A stretch of DNA of 64,000 nucleotides, taken from Octopus bimaculoides (taxonomy: Eukaryota). Within the stretch, counting starts at the first letter, position 1, and every line of letters begins with the position of its first letter. Below are positions 63,490 to 64,000 of the stretch, one piece after another. The position numbers were made by a program, and so were the translations under genes. A model generated the notes under the pieces. The model searched no databases. It had not been told where the DNA came from and saw only the letters and a program-made list of their open reading frames with translations. Location of the stretch: the NCBI RefSeq assembly GCF_001194135.2, contig NC_068989.1:9562505-9626504 (forward strand). The letters are read 5' to 3'.

Positions 63490-63668
63490 TACCGGTATGT
63501 AAAAAGCACCTACTACACTCTTGGAGTGGTTGGCATTAAGAAGGGCATCCAGCTGCAGGAACCTTGCCAGATCAAATTGAAGCCTGGTGCAGCCAACTGG
63601 CTTGCCAGTCCTCAGTCCGTCCAACCCATGCCAGCATGGAAAGCGGATGCTAAACGATGATGATGATA
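63490..63668 (+). mobile_element. Family C, 5'-truncated
   Basis: Homology to 5930-6104. Confidence 0.85.
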
Positions 63669-63850
63669 TATATATGTAAATGTTTTCCAAAATAAAAATG
63701 CACTTTATGTTTGCTGCTCTGATGAAGCTATATGGTGATACTCAAGCACTTGACTATGAGTGCATTGCATCTTATAGCAGAAACACCTGTAAGCTAAAGA
63801 AGTTAATAACCTAATTATTTACTCCTTTGTCATCCAAATTTCTTTATATA

Positions 63851-63901
<51 letters not shown>

Positions 63902-64000
63902 GCAGAAAAAGAAGTGGGGAGAGAGAAATTATATATACATGTATGTGTGAGTGTAGAAGGTATCCATCAGTCACCATAGATCTGGCCCAGGAAAGTCTTG

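Noticed and set aside
893-63668. tRNA-like A/B boxes, and repeated elements considered as tRNA genes or CRISPR
   Set aside because: The boxes are SINE heads without a cloverleaf or acceptor stem; there is no repeat-spacer array and the sequence is eukaryotic.
60440-64000. Search for the next upstream msn exon (expected ...LQWGE.PTSVA, ending in phase 1)
   Set aside because: Not found; it presumably lies beyond the window.

Overview
Eukaryotic, AT-rich, microsatellite-dense and gapped (about 14 N-runs) genomic window. The repeat families and overall style point to a coleoid cephalopod, probably Octopus (inference). The only host gene I can support is the 3' end of a misshapen/MAP4K4-TNIK-MINK1 (GCK-IV, CNH-domain) kinase on the minus strand. 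It has a penultimate exon at 60437-60298, a terminal coding exon at 58230-58147 and canonical splice sites, followed by an ~11 kb stretch almost free of interspersed repeats that may be a very long 3'UTR. The rest is mostly TE debris: several tRNA-derived SINE families (working names A, A2, B, D), an abundant RTE-type 3'-end repeat (C/E), RTE, Tx1/L1 and RLE-type (R4/Dong-like) LINE fragments, three mariner remnants, a gypsy gag fragment, hAT-like and TTAA MITEs, and Penelope-like termini. The most notable signals are: three unrelated repeats that each carry a minimal type-I hammerhead-like motif with a palindromic helix III, one lying sense inside a kinase intron under a 29-bp hairpin; an Asn codon at a normally Asp position that A-to-I editing could restore; and many nested insertions with readable TSDs. 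Nearly all long ORFs in the supplied track are microsatellite or N-gap artefacts. TE boundaries are approximate unless TSDs or TIRs are quoted.
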